From an uncultured Alphaproteobacteria bacterium (GTDB lineage Bacteria; Pseudomonadota; Alphaproteobacteria; RF32; CAG-239): a stretch of DNA of 49,654 nucleotides. The stretch is from the NCBI GenBank assembly GCA_944391375.1, contig CALXTJ010000004.1, positions 1-49,654 of the forward strand. The letters run 5' to 3'. A program made the position numbers and the translations under genes. This document shows positions 18,545-29,134 of the stretch, in pieces (position 1 is the stretch's first letter; every line of letters begins with the position of its first letter). The notes beneath the pieces are model-generated. The model was not told the origin of the DNA and did no database searches. It saw nothing but the letters and a program-made list of their open reading frames with translations.

Positions 18545-20638
18545 TTACGATAATATTCTTACCAATTCAAGTGCTATATCCAATTTATAAACACCTCTGT
18601 TTTGTTCATTTTTAGGATAAAGCGGCACTAAATCAAGAGCAAATATGTTGGCTTGCTGATTTATAAACTCGTGCCCGTAGGTTATGGCCGGAATATTGCT
18701 CTCCAAATATTTGCGTAATTCATCAATTTCTTTGGTTTTGTTTTTAGATGAACCGGAACGTTTCATAAACAATTCCGAATATTCAAAGATAATATAAACA
18801 ATACCGGCCAAAACCAAGGAGCTTATAAGTTTAATATATATGCTCATAAATAACACTGCCAACACAATAAAAATTGCTGCCAAACTTTTCAAAACATATC
18901 CGGTTATTTTTGATTTATATTTTTTACGCAATACCCATACATAAAAAGCGATTGTTAAGGTTGAGGAAAACAAAATCAAGCCGGTCTGCAACGGGTTAAT
19001 GCCTAAATAAGCAATGGCAATTTCGGTTAAAATAAGCATACCGATACTAAACAACAAATAGCCGATATTTAATTGCAACGAAAGCATTTTTAAGGCCATT
19101 TTGGCACTTTTTTCCATGATATTTTCGGCACGATTAAATTTAAGCATATTGGCATCATTGGCCGTAATTACCGATTCTTTGCCTAAAAACAGATTATTGA
19201 CGGCTTTTCTTTCGGCTCTGTTTAGATCAGCCAAATTATCGGTTTTTTTAATAAGCAAAACCGAACCGTCTTGTTTTTGAATGTCAATAATATTCTTTTT
19301 ATACATATCAAGTAAAGAGGCCACAAAAGCCGTTTTATCAAATTTTCCGGTTAATAAAAAGCGGGAGATAAGTGCGGTTTGCTTAAACGAAGTTTTAAGT
19401 TTAAGCTTATTTTTTTGCAAATACTTCCAAGACAATATGTAAGAAATCAGCACGGCGGCAAGTCCGGCAAAAGCAAACAAAATATCGCCGTAATCGGTAA
19501 CAAACCAAACAAATTTGCGGCTCATATCCGGCTCCATAAATACATTTTTATCTAAAGATACCAACAAGTGCATTCCCTCTGCCGGCAATAACGGAGTGGT
19601 GGAAGCAAATCCCAAAGCGTTGGTATCTAAGCTGGCAACAACCGCTCGGTTAGAAGACAATCTTTTGGGGTAGCCGACAATAACATTTTGCGATAAAAAG
19701 TTTTTACCGTCCGGAATGGAAACTATGGCATTGGCCGAGGTTATTACCAAGTTTAAGTAACTTCCGGCCACATCCCAATAAAACTCGGTAAAGTCATCAT
19801 AATACCAAAGTTTGCGGTCAACCAAATAGTTAAAAGTGTAAGTATAAACACCGGACTGTAAGATATATTCCTGTTGCGGTTTTATATAAATTTTGTTGCC
19901 GATTTCTTCTAATACATAGGGTAGTTGTTTACCGTTTACGGAAACACTCATGAGCTGAACATCAAGCTTTTTTTCCACACCGGCCCTTGATTTTGAAAAC
20001 TTGGGCAATACTTTAATTAAGCCGTGTTTTAACTTTTGGCCGTTGGCAACAACCGTAATATCTTCCCTTACCTGAATTAAGCCGGAAGGCAAAATATTAA
20101 ACGAGGCCAAGAGGTAAGGAATATGCTCTTTAGCCGGAGCCAAAATATTTTTACCGGTAGGGAGCGTAACATTTACTACCGGAATATTGGGCTTGGAAAG
20201 TTCATCTATGGCAGCTTGTTGTTGTTCGGGGGCCAACTCATAGAAAGTAGTAAAAGTATTCTCGCTATTTTCATTTTGTGAGTTGCCGGATATGCGTTGC
20301 ATAGCCTTATCATAAATTTTTTCAAAGGTAGATTTTTTTTCTTCCTGCATTTGGGCAATATATTCGGCACTATGCTGTACATTTATGGCATCTGAGCGGT
20401 TTAAATCTCCGAGATTATCAACATGAGTTACTGCGGCATTTTCAAATCTTTCTTTAAAAAATGACAATACTTCCGGCAGATTATTGGGATCGGGCATACC
20501 TTCACCCTGTATAGATTCGGGTGTATATGTGGTTTGGGGTTGTTCGGAAATCTGATTTACCTCCACAACGCGTGCGTGTGCGGCATTTTGAGCCAGCAAA
20601 AGTATATTGAAACAAACTGCAAGAAAAAGTTTTTTCAT
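18545..20638 (-). CDS. DUF2207-family membrane protein with signal peptide
   Basis: Signal peptide MKKLFLAVCF..AHA; VREDITV, YTYTFNY, DDFTEFYWDVAG, C-terminal TM helices. Confidence 0.75.
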   Translation of the reverse strand: MKKLFLAVCFNILLLAQNAAHARVVEVNQISEQPQTTYTPESIQGEGMPDPNNLPEVLSFFKERFENAAVTHVDNLGDLNRSDAINVQHSAEYIAQMQEEKKSTFEKIYDKAMQRISGNSQNENSENTFTTFYELAPEQQQAAIDELSKPNIPVVNVTLPTGKNILAPAKEHIPYLLASFNILPSGLIQVREDITVVANGQKLKHGLIKVLPKFSKSRAGVEKKLDVQLMSVSVNGKQLPYVLEEIGNKIYIKPQQEYILQSGVYTYTFNYLVDRKLWYYDDFTEFYWDVAGSYLNLVITSANAIVSIPDGKNFLSQNVIVGYPKRLSSNRAVVASLDTNALGFASTTPLLPAEGMHLLVSLDKNVFMEPDMSRKFVWFVTDYGDILFAFAGLAAVLISYILSWKYLQKNKLKLKTSFKQTALISRFLLTGKFDKTAFVASLLDMYKKNIIDIQKQDGSVLLIKKTDNLADLNRAERKAVNNLFLGKESVITANDANMLKFNRAENIMEKSAKMALKMLSLQLNIGYLLFSIGMLILTEIAIAYLGINPLQTGLILFSSTLTIAFYVWVLRKKYKSKITGYVLKSLAAIFIVLAVLFMSIYIKLISSLVLAGIVYIIFEYSELFMKRSGSSKNKTKEIDELRKYLESNIPAITYGHEFINQQANIFALDLVPLYPKNEQNRGVYKLDIALELVRILS

Positions 20639-20731
20639 AAAGAGTATCCTTATGTTAACAAATAAAACATATTTAGTATGATATATCACATATATTAAAA
20701 GATAATGAAAAATTATAAGGAGAACCATAAA

Positions 20732-21463
20732 ATGAGTAACAAAATTGCGGCAGTAATTTTAGGAGCGGGCAAAGGGACGCGTATGAAGTCTGATTTACCT
20801 AAAGTGATGATGCCGGTATGCGGAAAATCCATGATAAAGCATATTATAGATACATTGGAAGAAATGAAGGTGGATGAGATTGTAACGGTCATTTCGCCCG
20901 ATGGGGAAATGGTTAAAAAAGAGGTTGCTCCTTACAAGACCTGCGTACAAGACAAGCAGTTGGGAACCGGACATGCCGTTAAGTGCAGCGAAGAGCTGTT
21001 AAAGGGTTTTGACGGTGCGGTTATGGTTATTTTCGGCGATACTCCTTTAATCACCAAAGAAACCTTTATGCGTTCGGTAAATAAGGTCAGAGAAGGTTAT
21101 GCCGTTGTGGTTTTGGGCTTTAAGCCGGAAGATGCCGCTCGTTACGGACGCTTAAAAATGGACGGTGATGAATTGGTTTCCATTGTGGAATATAAAGATG
21201 CCACCGAAGAGGAACGCAAAATCAACTTTTGCAATTCCGGATTTATGGCCTTTGACGGCAAGCACCTTTTTGAAATTTTAAATAAAATCGGCAATGAAAA
21301 TGCCTCAGGTGAGTATTATTTAACAGATGCTGTCAAAATCGCCCGTGATATGGGGTTAAAGTGCACGGCTTTTGAAGGTAATCCGCAAGAAGTTGCCAGT
21401 GCCAACACTCGTGAAGAATTAGCTTTGTTGGAAACTTATGTTAAGAATAGAGAGAATGCTTAG
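20732..21463 (+). CDS. glmU: N-acetylglucosamine-1-phosphate uridyltransferase (GlmU N-terminal domain only)
   Basis: LGAGKGTRMKSDLPKV, QLGTGHAV, GDTPL, YGR, IVEYKDA, EYYLTD; ends before the left-handed beta-helix acetyltransferase domain. Confidence 0.85.
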   Translation: MSNKIAAVILGAGKGTRMKSDLPKVMMPVCGKSMIKHIIDTLEEMKVDEIVTVISPDGEMVKKEVAPYKTCVQDKQLGTGHAVKCSEELLKGFDGAVMVIFGDTPLITKETFMRSVNKVREGYAVVVLGFKPEDAARYGRLKMDGDELVSIVEYKDATEEERKINFCNSGFMAFDGKHLFEILNKIGNENASGEYYLTDAVKIARDMGLKCTAFEGNPQEVASANTREELALLETYVKNRENA

Positions 21464-21980
21464 GTTTATAAAAATACATTGGTTCGGACTTATTTTAACG
21501 GTTATCGGCGTATTTTATGCCCTGATATTTATTTTGGTATTTTTGTCGCCGCGTCAAGATGAACTTAAACGAGGCTTTATACCCTGTACCGAAACTTTGG
21601 TTAAAGAGATGTTTGATTGCAATGGTAAGGCTTGGTGTATGAGTAAAGCCATCGTTAAAAATACCGGATGCGATACCAAAATCGTTTTGGACGGTTTTGG
21701 TAATTGGGTTGAAGGTAAACAGCCAACTCCGTGGGCCAATTATTTGTTTGAACCGGAAATAGGTAAAGACCAAAACAAGGAGGAAATTCATCCCGAACTT
21801 GAAGAGTTTTATAAAGATAATCGGGATATAAAAGCCGATATGGAAAAGTTAAATAAACAGTGGCAGGAGCTTGAAAAATCATTCAGTGATGATAAAATAG
21901 CCGAAGTTCCCGTTAAAAAGCAAGAAGCAGAGGAAAATAAGGAGGAAACAGCAGATGAGCAAACAGCAAGTAAAGAATAG
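21456..21980 (+). CDS. Hypothetical membrane-anchored protein (4 Cys, acidic tail)
   Basis: N-terminal TM; overlaps both neighbours in operon fashion. Confidence 0.75.
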   Translation: MLRFIKIHWFGLILTVIGVFYALIFILVFLSPRQDELKRGFIPCTETLVKEMFDCNGKAWCMSKAIVKNTGCDTKIVLDGFGNWVEGKQPTPWANYLFEPEIGKDQNKEEIHPELEEFYKDNRDIKADMEKLNKQWQELEKSFSDDKIAEVPVKKQEAEENKEETADEQTASKE

Positions 21981-23751
21981 TCTTCCGGCATGGGATTTGT
22001 CAGATTTATATAAAGGCATTGATGATCCTGAAATTAACAAAGACCTGGAAAATTATCGTAAAACTACTTTGAGCTTTGCTAAAAAGTACAAAGGTAAGTT
22101 AGGCTCGTTAAGTTCCGAAGAAGTCTTAAAGATGCTTAAAGTTAAGGAAAAACTGGCAACTTTGGGAGGTCGTTTGGGAGGTTTTGCTTACCTTAATATG
22201 TCAACGCAAATGAAAAATTCCGAAGCTATGCGGTTTTATCAAAACATTTCCGAAAAGCTGACCGATTACGCTAAGCCGATGGTGTTTTTCAGCTTAGAGT
22301 TTAATGCTTTGCCGGAAGCCAAAATCAAAGAATGGCTCAAAGATAAAAAGGTAGCTTTTTACAAACCGTACATTAAACGGATTCGTAAGTACAAAAAATA
22401 TGAGTTAAGCGAAGCTGTTGAAGAAATTTTACTTGAAAAATCCATCACCTCATCGGAGGCCTGGGTTCGGTTGTATGAAGAAACTTCGTCACGGCTAGAG
22501 TATAAAGTTGACGGCAAAACTTATAACGATGCCGAAATTAGCAAACTTACCTTAGATGCCGACCAAAAAGTTCGTCATGCCGCCGGAGCGGAAATCAATC
22601 GGGTTTATAAGCAAAATTCCTCATTGTTTACTTTGGTTTATAACATGATTATCAAAGACAAAGCCATTGAAGATGATAAAAGAGGCTTTGCCAAACCTGT
22701 TTCGGCTCGTAATTTGGCCGAAGATGTGCCCGATAAAGTCGTTGACGCTTTAGCACAAACCGTTAAAGCCAACTACAAAAATTTGGCCCATCGTTTTTAT
22801 AAATTAAAAGCCAAATGGTTGGGTGTAAAAAAAATCAGTTATTGGGACAGGAATGCACCGCTGCCGTTTTCCTCGGATATTCATTACGAATGGAATGATG
22901 CGGTTAAAACGGTATTAAACGGTTATTACAATTTTTCGCCCAAACTCGGCAAAATTGCCCAGGACTTTTTTGATCATCCGTGGATAGATGTACCGCCCCG
23001 CGACGGTAAAAGAAGCGGAGCCTATTGCAGCGGACCGTTGGCTTCCCAGCATCCGTATTTATTTTTAAACTTTACCGGCAAGCAAAACGATGTTTTGACT
23101 TTGGCTCACGAATTAGGCCATGGCTGCCACCATCAACTTCGTACCCAAAACGGGGAGTTAAACGAAACCTCGCGTATGACCACCGAAGAGGTTGCCTCCG
23201 TATTCGGCGAGATGTTGGTTTTTCAAGATATGCTTAATAACTTGGATAATGATAAAGCTAAATTGGGCTTAATTGCTTCCAAGGTTGGCGATATGTTAAA
23301 TACGGCAGTTCGTCAGATTGCCTTTCACTTTTTTGAAACTCGTGCCCATGAAGAGCGTAAATCGGGAGAGCTTTCCGAGGAAAGGTTAGCCGATATTTGG
23401 CAGGAGGAAATGCGTGACAGCTTAGGCGAATATGTGGAAGTAGGAGATGACAGCCGCTACATATGGTCTATGGTCGGACACTTTTTCTTTTTACCGTTCT
23501 ATGTATATGCTTATTCCTTTGCCGATTGTCTGGTAAATTCGCTTTATCAGGTAAAATTGGAAGGCAGTGTTGAAAACTTTGCCGATAAGTATTTAAAACT
23601 GTTGTCACAAACGGCTATCGGTGAATATGAAAACATTTTAAGACCGTTCAATTTAAATCCGAATAATCCGGATTTTTGGCAGAAGGGATTAAATTTAATT
23701 TCATCGTATATAGATGAATTGGAACGCCTTGATAAAAAGCTTAAGCTGTAA
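21955..23751 (+). CDS. M3B family oligoendopeptidase (PepF-like)
   Basis: LPAWDLSDLY, GKRSGAY, TLAHELGH zinc motif, EVASVFGE, FYVYAY. Confidence 0.93.
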   Translation: MSKQQVKNSLPAWDLSDLYKGIDDPEINKDLENYRKTTLSFAKKYKGKLGSLSSEEVLKMLKVKEKLATLGGRLGGFAYLNMSTQMKNSEAMRFYQNISEKLTDYAKPMVFFSLEFNALPEAKIKEWLKDKKVAFYKPYIKRIRKYKKYELSEAVEEILLEKSITSSEAWVRLYEETSSRLEYKVDGKTYNDAEISKLTLDADQKVRHAAGAEINRVYKQNSSLFTLVYNMIIKDKAIEDDKRGFAKPVSARNLAEDVPDKVVDALAQTVKANYKNLAHRFYKLKAKWLGVKKISYWDRNAPLPFSSDIHYEWNDAVKTVLNGYYNFSPKLGKIAQDFFDHPWIDVPPRDGKRSGAYCSGPLASQHPYLFLNFTGKQNDVLTLAHELGHGCHHQLRTQNGELNETSRMTTEEVASVFGEMLVFQDMLNNLDNDKAKLGLIASKVGDMLNTAVRQIAFHFFETRAHEERKSGELSEERLADIWQEEMRDSLGEYVEVGDDSRYIWSMVGHFFFLPFYVYAYSFADCLVNSLYQVKLEGSVENFADKYLKLLSQTAIGEYENILRPFNLNPNNPDFWQKGLNLISSYIDELERLDKKLKL

Positions 23752-23771
23752 AAAAACGCACCCTGATAAAC

Positions 23772-23800
23772 ACACCCCCGAAAGTTGCTTTCGGGGGTGT
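23772..23800. terminator. Hairpin terminator between convergent genes
   Basis: ACACCCCCGAAAG-ttg-CTTTCGGGGGTGT. Confidence 0.75.
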
Positions 23801-23820
23801 TGAGTTTAGCTTTAATAAAG

Positions 23821-24207
23821 TTATTTATTGTTTTCGTTGCACATTTCAGGGTAGAGCCATTGGCCGTCTAAAACATTACAACCCTCTTTTACAAAATTAA
23901 ATTTACAATTTTGAGTTTTGAGGTTGTAAGCTTTCTGGTTACGCAGACAAATTGTTTTAACCATATCCTGCGTTATGCAGTTAGCGGTTTTGCAATTTTG
24001 GATAATGTCAATTTCCTCATCGGTAAGTTTAATACATCCGAAGTCTTCACCCCATTTAAAGCAGTCGGTACGGCAGGTTTTTTTATCATAATCCCACACG
24101 CCGCCATTTGCAGGGCATTGTTTTATCCGATAATCACGATACGAAGCAAATAAAACCGCAATTACAACAATTGCCAACAATATCCATAATAAATGCTTTA
24201 CTTTCAT
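23821..24207 (-). CDS. Hypothetical Cys-rich membrane-anchored protein
   Basis: N-terminal TM, ~10 Cys, C..GGVW and C..DGQW segments; last gene behind the atp operon. Confidence 0.7.
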   Translation of the reverse strand: MKVKHLLWILLAIVVIAVLFASYRDYRIKQCPANGGVWDYDKKTCRTDCFKWGEDFGCIKLTDEEIDIIQNCKTANCITQDMVKTICLRNQKAYNLKTQNCKFNFVKEGCNVLDGQWLYPEMCNENNK

Positions 24208-24234
24208 AAAACAACCTTTCATAAACGATAAAAT

Positions 24235-24582
24235 TTAACCAAATACTTTAAGGTATTGTGCTATACTTTTATAAAAGTTATCTTCTTTAGATAAGAGCTC
24301 AATTTGACTTAAATCAACTTTGGCTAAATCAACAACTTTATCGGCGGCAACTTTGCACACATTGTTTGCCACATCGGCAAAGCCGCCGCTTATAAACCAC
24401 CGTTTAATAATTTTGTTGTTACTGTCCATGGTAGCCACTAAGCCTAAAGTCAACATTAAAGAAGTTGGAGCTTTGTCATCAATTACCGTTAAAGTACCCT
24501 CAGGTACGGGCAACAAAATTTTCACGACTTTTTCGTCGGTTAAAAGTTGTTCCGGAGTACAAAGCTGTAATTGCACTGACAT
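24235..24582 (-). CDS. atpC: F1 ATP synthase epsilon subunit (divergent, short C-terminus)
   Basis: Position after atpD; QLCTPE, FISGGFADV. Confidence 0.85.
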   Translation of the reverse strand: MSVQLQLCTPEQLLTDEKVVKILLPVPEGTLTVIDDKAPTSLMLTLGLVATMDSNNKIIKRWFISGGFADVANNVCKVAADKVVDLAKVDLSQIELLSKEDNFYKSIAQYLKVFG

Positions 24583-24583
24583 C

Positions 24584-26050
<1,467 letters not shown>

Positions 26051-26071
26051 TTAATTCTCCTTTTAATATGG

Positions 26072-26992
26072 CTAAAGTGCCTCGGCACCGGAAATAATTT
26101 CGGTCAATTCGGTAGTAATGGCCGATTGACGCAAACCGTTATATTTTAAGGTTAAAGAGCTTATCATATCTTTGGCACTGCGAGTTGCGTTATCCATGGC
26201 CGCCATGCGGGCTCCCTGTTCGGAAGCTTGCGAATTGGCAATACTTACAAAAATCAGATTAACAACAAGCTTGGGAAGTAAATTTTCCAACAAGCTTATT
26301 TTATCGGGTTTATAGTAGTAATAAGCATCGCCGACATGGGTTAAATTTTTATCTTCTTCGGTAAGTTTTAAGGCCGATGATGATAAAGGATAAATCTGTT
26401 CGGCAACAATTTCACGACTTAAGGCCGAGTGAAATTTGCTGTATAAAATTTCGCACACATCGCACATTCCGCCGTTATAGCAGTCGGCAATTTTTTTGGC
26501 CAAAGCCACGGCTCCGTTAAAAGACAAATCTTTGGTATCAAGAGCCGGATTGCTTTCAATAACATCGGCTGCAAATTGCTTTTTAATAACATTAAAAGCC
26601 TTTTTGCCGTAACAAATAACTTTGACTGTTTTACCGGATTCTTTTAAGGCTTTAATGCGAGTTAAAGCAGCCTTTCCGAGGTTATGGTTATAACTTCCGC
26701 ACAAGCCGCGGTCTGATGAAAACACAAACAACAAATAATCTTTGGCATTAGGTTTATCACGCATCAGTTCGGGCAAGAGGTAAGTAATTTTTTTCTCACT
26801 CTCTTCTTCGGCAATGGCGGCCAGCAAGCGTTTAATGTTAGTATTTAACAATTGCGAATAAGGCTTACTGTGATTTAATGCCAACTCGGCTTTACGCAGC
26901 TTGGAAGCAGCCACCATCTTCATAGCCGAAGTTATTTTCTGGGTGGATTTAATGCTTTCCAAGCGATTGCGTAATTCTTTTAACCCTGCCAT
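26072..26992 (-). CDS. atpG: F1 ATP synthase gamma subunit
   Basis: KITSAMKMVAASK, SDRGLCG, RQSAITTELTEIISGAEAL. Confidence 0.97.
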   Translation of the reverse strand: MAGLKELRNRLESIKSTQKITSAMKMVAASKLRKAELALNHSKPYSQLLNTNIKRLLAAIAEEESEKKITYLLPELMRDKPNAKDYLLFVFSSDRGLCGSYNHNLGKAALTRIKALKESGKTVKVICYGKKAFNVIKKQFAADVIESNPALDTKDLSFNGAVALAKKIADCYNGGMCDVCEILYSKFHSALSREIVAEQIYPLSSSALKLTEEDKNLTHVGDAYYYYKPDKISLLENLLPKLVVNLIFVSIANSQASEQGARMAAMDNATRSAKDMISSLTLKYNGLRQSAITTELTEIISGAEAL

Positions 26993-28542
26993 TATGCTGC
27001 CTTTTCGGAAACCGTAAATTCATTTAACTGTTCGGTATAAAAAGTCTTCAACTTTTCCTCCAATTCCGGCGAAATTATTTTTTGTTTGGCAATTTCCTCC
27101 AGATATTCGGGGTGTTGAGCTTTCAAGGTCTCCAAAGTTTGTTGTTCAAACTTTTTAATATCACTGATATCAAGCTTATCTAAAAAGCCTTTCACACCGG
27201 AAAAGATGGAAACCACCTCATCTTCAACCGCCATCGGATGGTAGACCGGTTGTTTTAAGAGCTCGGTTAATCTGGCACCTCTGTCCAATAGGTTTTTGGT
27301 AGCGGCATCCAAGTCGGATGAAAACTGGGAAAATGCCGCCATTTCACGGTATTGAGCCAAATCCAGCTTCATACTTCCGGCAACTTGTTTCATAGCTTTA
27401 ATTTGAGCCGAAGAACCCACACGGCTAACCGAAATACCGACATTTACGGCAGGACGAATACCTTGATAGAATAAGCCTGTTTCCAAGAATATTTGTCCGT
27501 CGGTAATGGAAATAACATTGGTCGGAATATATGCGGAAACATCTCCGGCCTGAGTTTCAATTACCGGCAAAGCGGTTAAAGAACCGGCACCTTCTTCATC
27601 GTTCATTTTGGCGGCTCTTTCCAGCAAGCGGGAGTGTAAATAGAACACATCTCCTGGGTAAGCCTCACGCCCGGGCGGACGACGGAGCAACAATGACATC
27701 TGCCGATAAGCCGTGGCCTGCTTGGATAAGTCATCATAAAAGATAACGGCGTGCATACCGTTATCGCGGAAATATTCGCCCATGGCACAGCCCGAATAAG
27801 GAGCAATAAATTGCAACGGGGCAGCCTCAGAAGCAGTTGCGGCAACCACGATGGTATAATCCATGGCCCCGTAATCTTTTAAGGTTTTAACAACCTGAGC
27901 CACCGAAGAGCGTTTTTGCCCTACCGCAACATAGATACAGTAGAGTTTATCTTTTTCGGATTTAGCCGCATCGTTAATTTTTTTCTGATTGATGATGGTA
28001 TCTAAGATTATGGAAGTTTTTCCGGTTTGTCTGTCGCCGATGATAAGTTCGCGTTGTCCTCTACCGATAGGGATTAAGGCATCAATGATTTTTAAGCCGG
28101 TTTGCACCGGTTCATGGACGCTGCGGCGTTCAATAATGCCCGGAGCTTTAACTTCCGAATTACTGAATTGCTTGGCTTTAATTTCACCTAATCCGTCAAT
28201 CGGTTCGCCCAAGGCATTGACAACACGGCCTAAAAGCTCTTTACCGACCGGAACGCTAACAATTTTATCGGTGCGTTTAACCGTATCGCCTTCTTTAACG
28301 CTTTCATCGGAACCGAACAACACCACGCCGACGCTGTTTTCTTCCAAGTTTAAGGCCATGCCTTTAACACCGGATTCAAACTCCACCATTTCGTTGGATT
28401 GCACATTGTTAAGTCCGTAAACCTGAGCGATACCGTCGCCGACGGATAAGACGCGGCCAACCTCGCTCATATCGGTATCAAGCTTATATTGCTCAATTTT
28501 TTCTTTTAAGATTGATGAAATTTCGTCAGCTTGTGTAGACAT
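26992..28542 (-). CDS. atpA: F1 ATP synthase alpha subunit
   Basis: [31 protein letters not shown]. Confidence 0.98.
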   Translation of the reverse strand: MSTQADEISSILKEKIEQYKLDTDMSEVGRVLSVGDGIAQVYGLNNVQSNEMVEFESGVKGMALNLEENSVGVVLFGSDESVKEGDTVKRTDKIVSVPVGKELLGRVVNALGEPIDGLGEIKAKQFSNSEVKAPGIIERRSVHEPVQTGLKIIDALIPIGRGQRELIIGDRQTGKTSIILDTIINQKKINDAAKSEKDKLYCIYVAVGQKRSSVAQVVKTLKDYGAMDYTIVVAATASEAAPLQFIAPYSGCAMGEYFRDNGMHAVIFYDDLSKQATAYRQMSLLLRRPPGREAYPGDVFYLHSRLLERAAKMNDEEGAGSLTALPVIETQAGDVSAYIPTNVISITDGQIFLETGLFYQGIRPAVNVGISVSRVGSSAQIKAMKQVAGSMKLDLAQYREMAAFSQFSSDLDAATKNLLDRGARLTELLKQPVYHPMAVEDEVVSIFSGVKGFLDKLDISDIKKFEQQTLETLKAQHPEYLEEIAKQKIISPELEEKLKTFYTEQLNEFTVSEKAA

Positions 28543-29093
28543 TATTTATTACCTTTCATAACCTGTTCAAGGGTTTTGAGTTTTGCGGCGATTGAATCAT
28601 CTATACACACGGAGTTATAGCTTATTTTCAAACCGCCGATAATTTTTGGGTTAATATTATAGTTAAGAATTATTTTCTGATTTAAAAGTTTTTCCAGACC
28701 GTTTTTAAGTTTTTTATTTTGTTCGGCCGAAAGTTTTTGCACGCTTTCAACCTCAACTTCCAAAATTCCCTGATTTTTATGGTAAAGATGCGTAAATTGT
28801 TCCAATATGGCAGGTAGCTCATTAAAGCGACGCTTGGAGGCCACCAATTCCAAGAAGTTTTGAGAAGTTTGAGAAAGTTGTAACGATGAGGCAATATCGG
28901 TTATAATATTTTTTTTCTCTTCGGATTTAAAAACGGGATTGTTTAGTATGTTTAGTTGTAAAAGTCCTTCATTGTAAGATTGTAATTTTTGGCAGTCTTT
29001 CCATACATCGGGCAGGGTATTTTCGGCCAAAGCGGCTTCTAAAAGGGCATTTGCATAATTATTTGCGATTTGTATTTTTGAAAGTTTAGCCAT
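28542..29093 (-). CDS. atpH: F1 ATP synthase delta subunit
   Basis: [16 protein letters not shown]...IDDS; position before atpA. Confidence 0.93.
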   Translation of the reverse strand: MAKLSKIQIANNYANALLEAALAENTLPDVWKDCQKLQSYNEGLLQLNILNNPVFKSEEKKNIITDIASSLQLSQTSQNFLELVASKRRFNELPAILEQFTHLYHKNQGILEVEVESVQKLSAEQNKKLKNGLEKLLNQKIILNYNINPKIIGGLKISYNSVCIDDSIAAKLKTLEQVMKGNK

Positions 29094-29134
29094 TTTATTA
29101 TTTAACCCACCTAATTACATAACATCAGACTGTT

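Noticed and set aside
18430-18615. 61-aa ORF
   Set aside because: Antisense reading of tRNA-Gly
20639-20728. N-terminal extension of the DUF2207 ORF (and similar extensions of tadA, mltG, mscL)
   Set aside because: They run through divergent promoters or neighbouring genes; downstream ATGs match the expected N-termini
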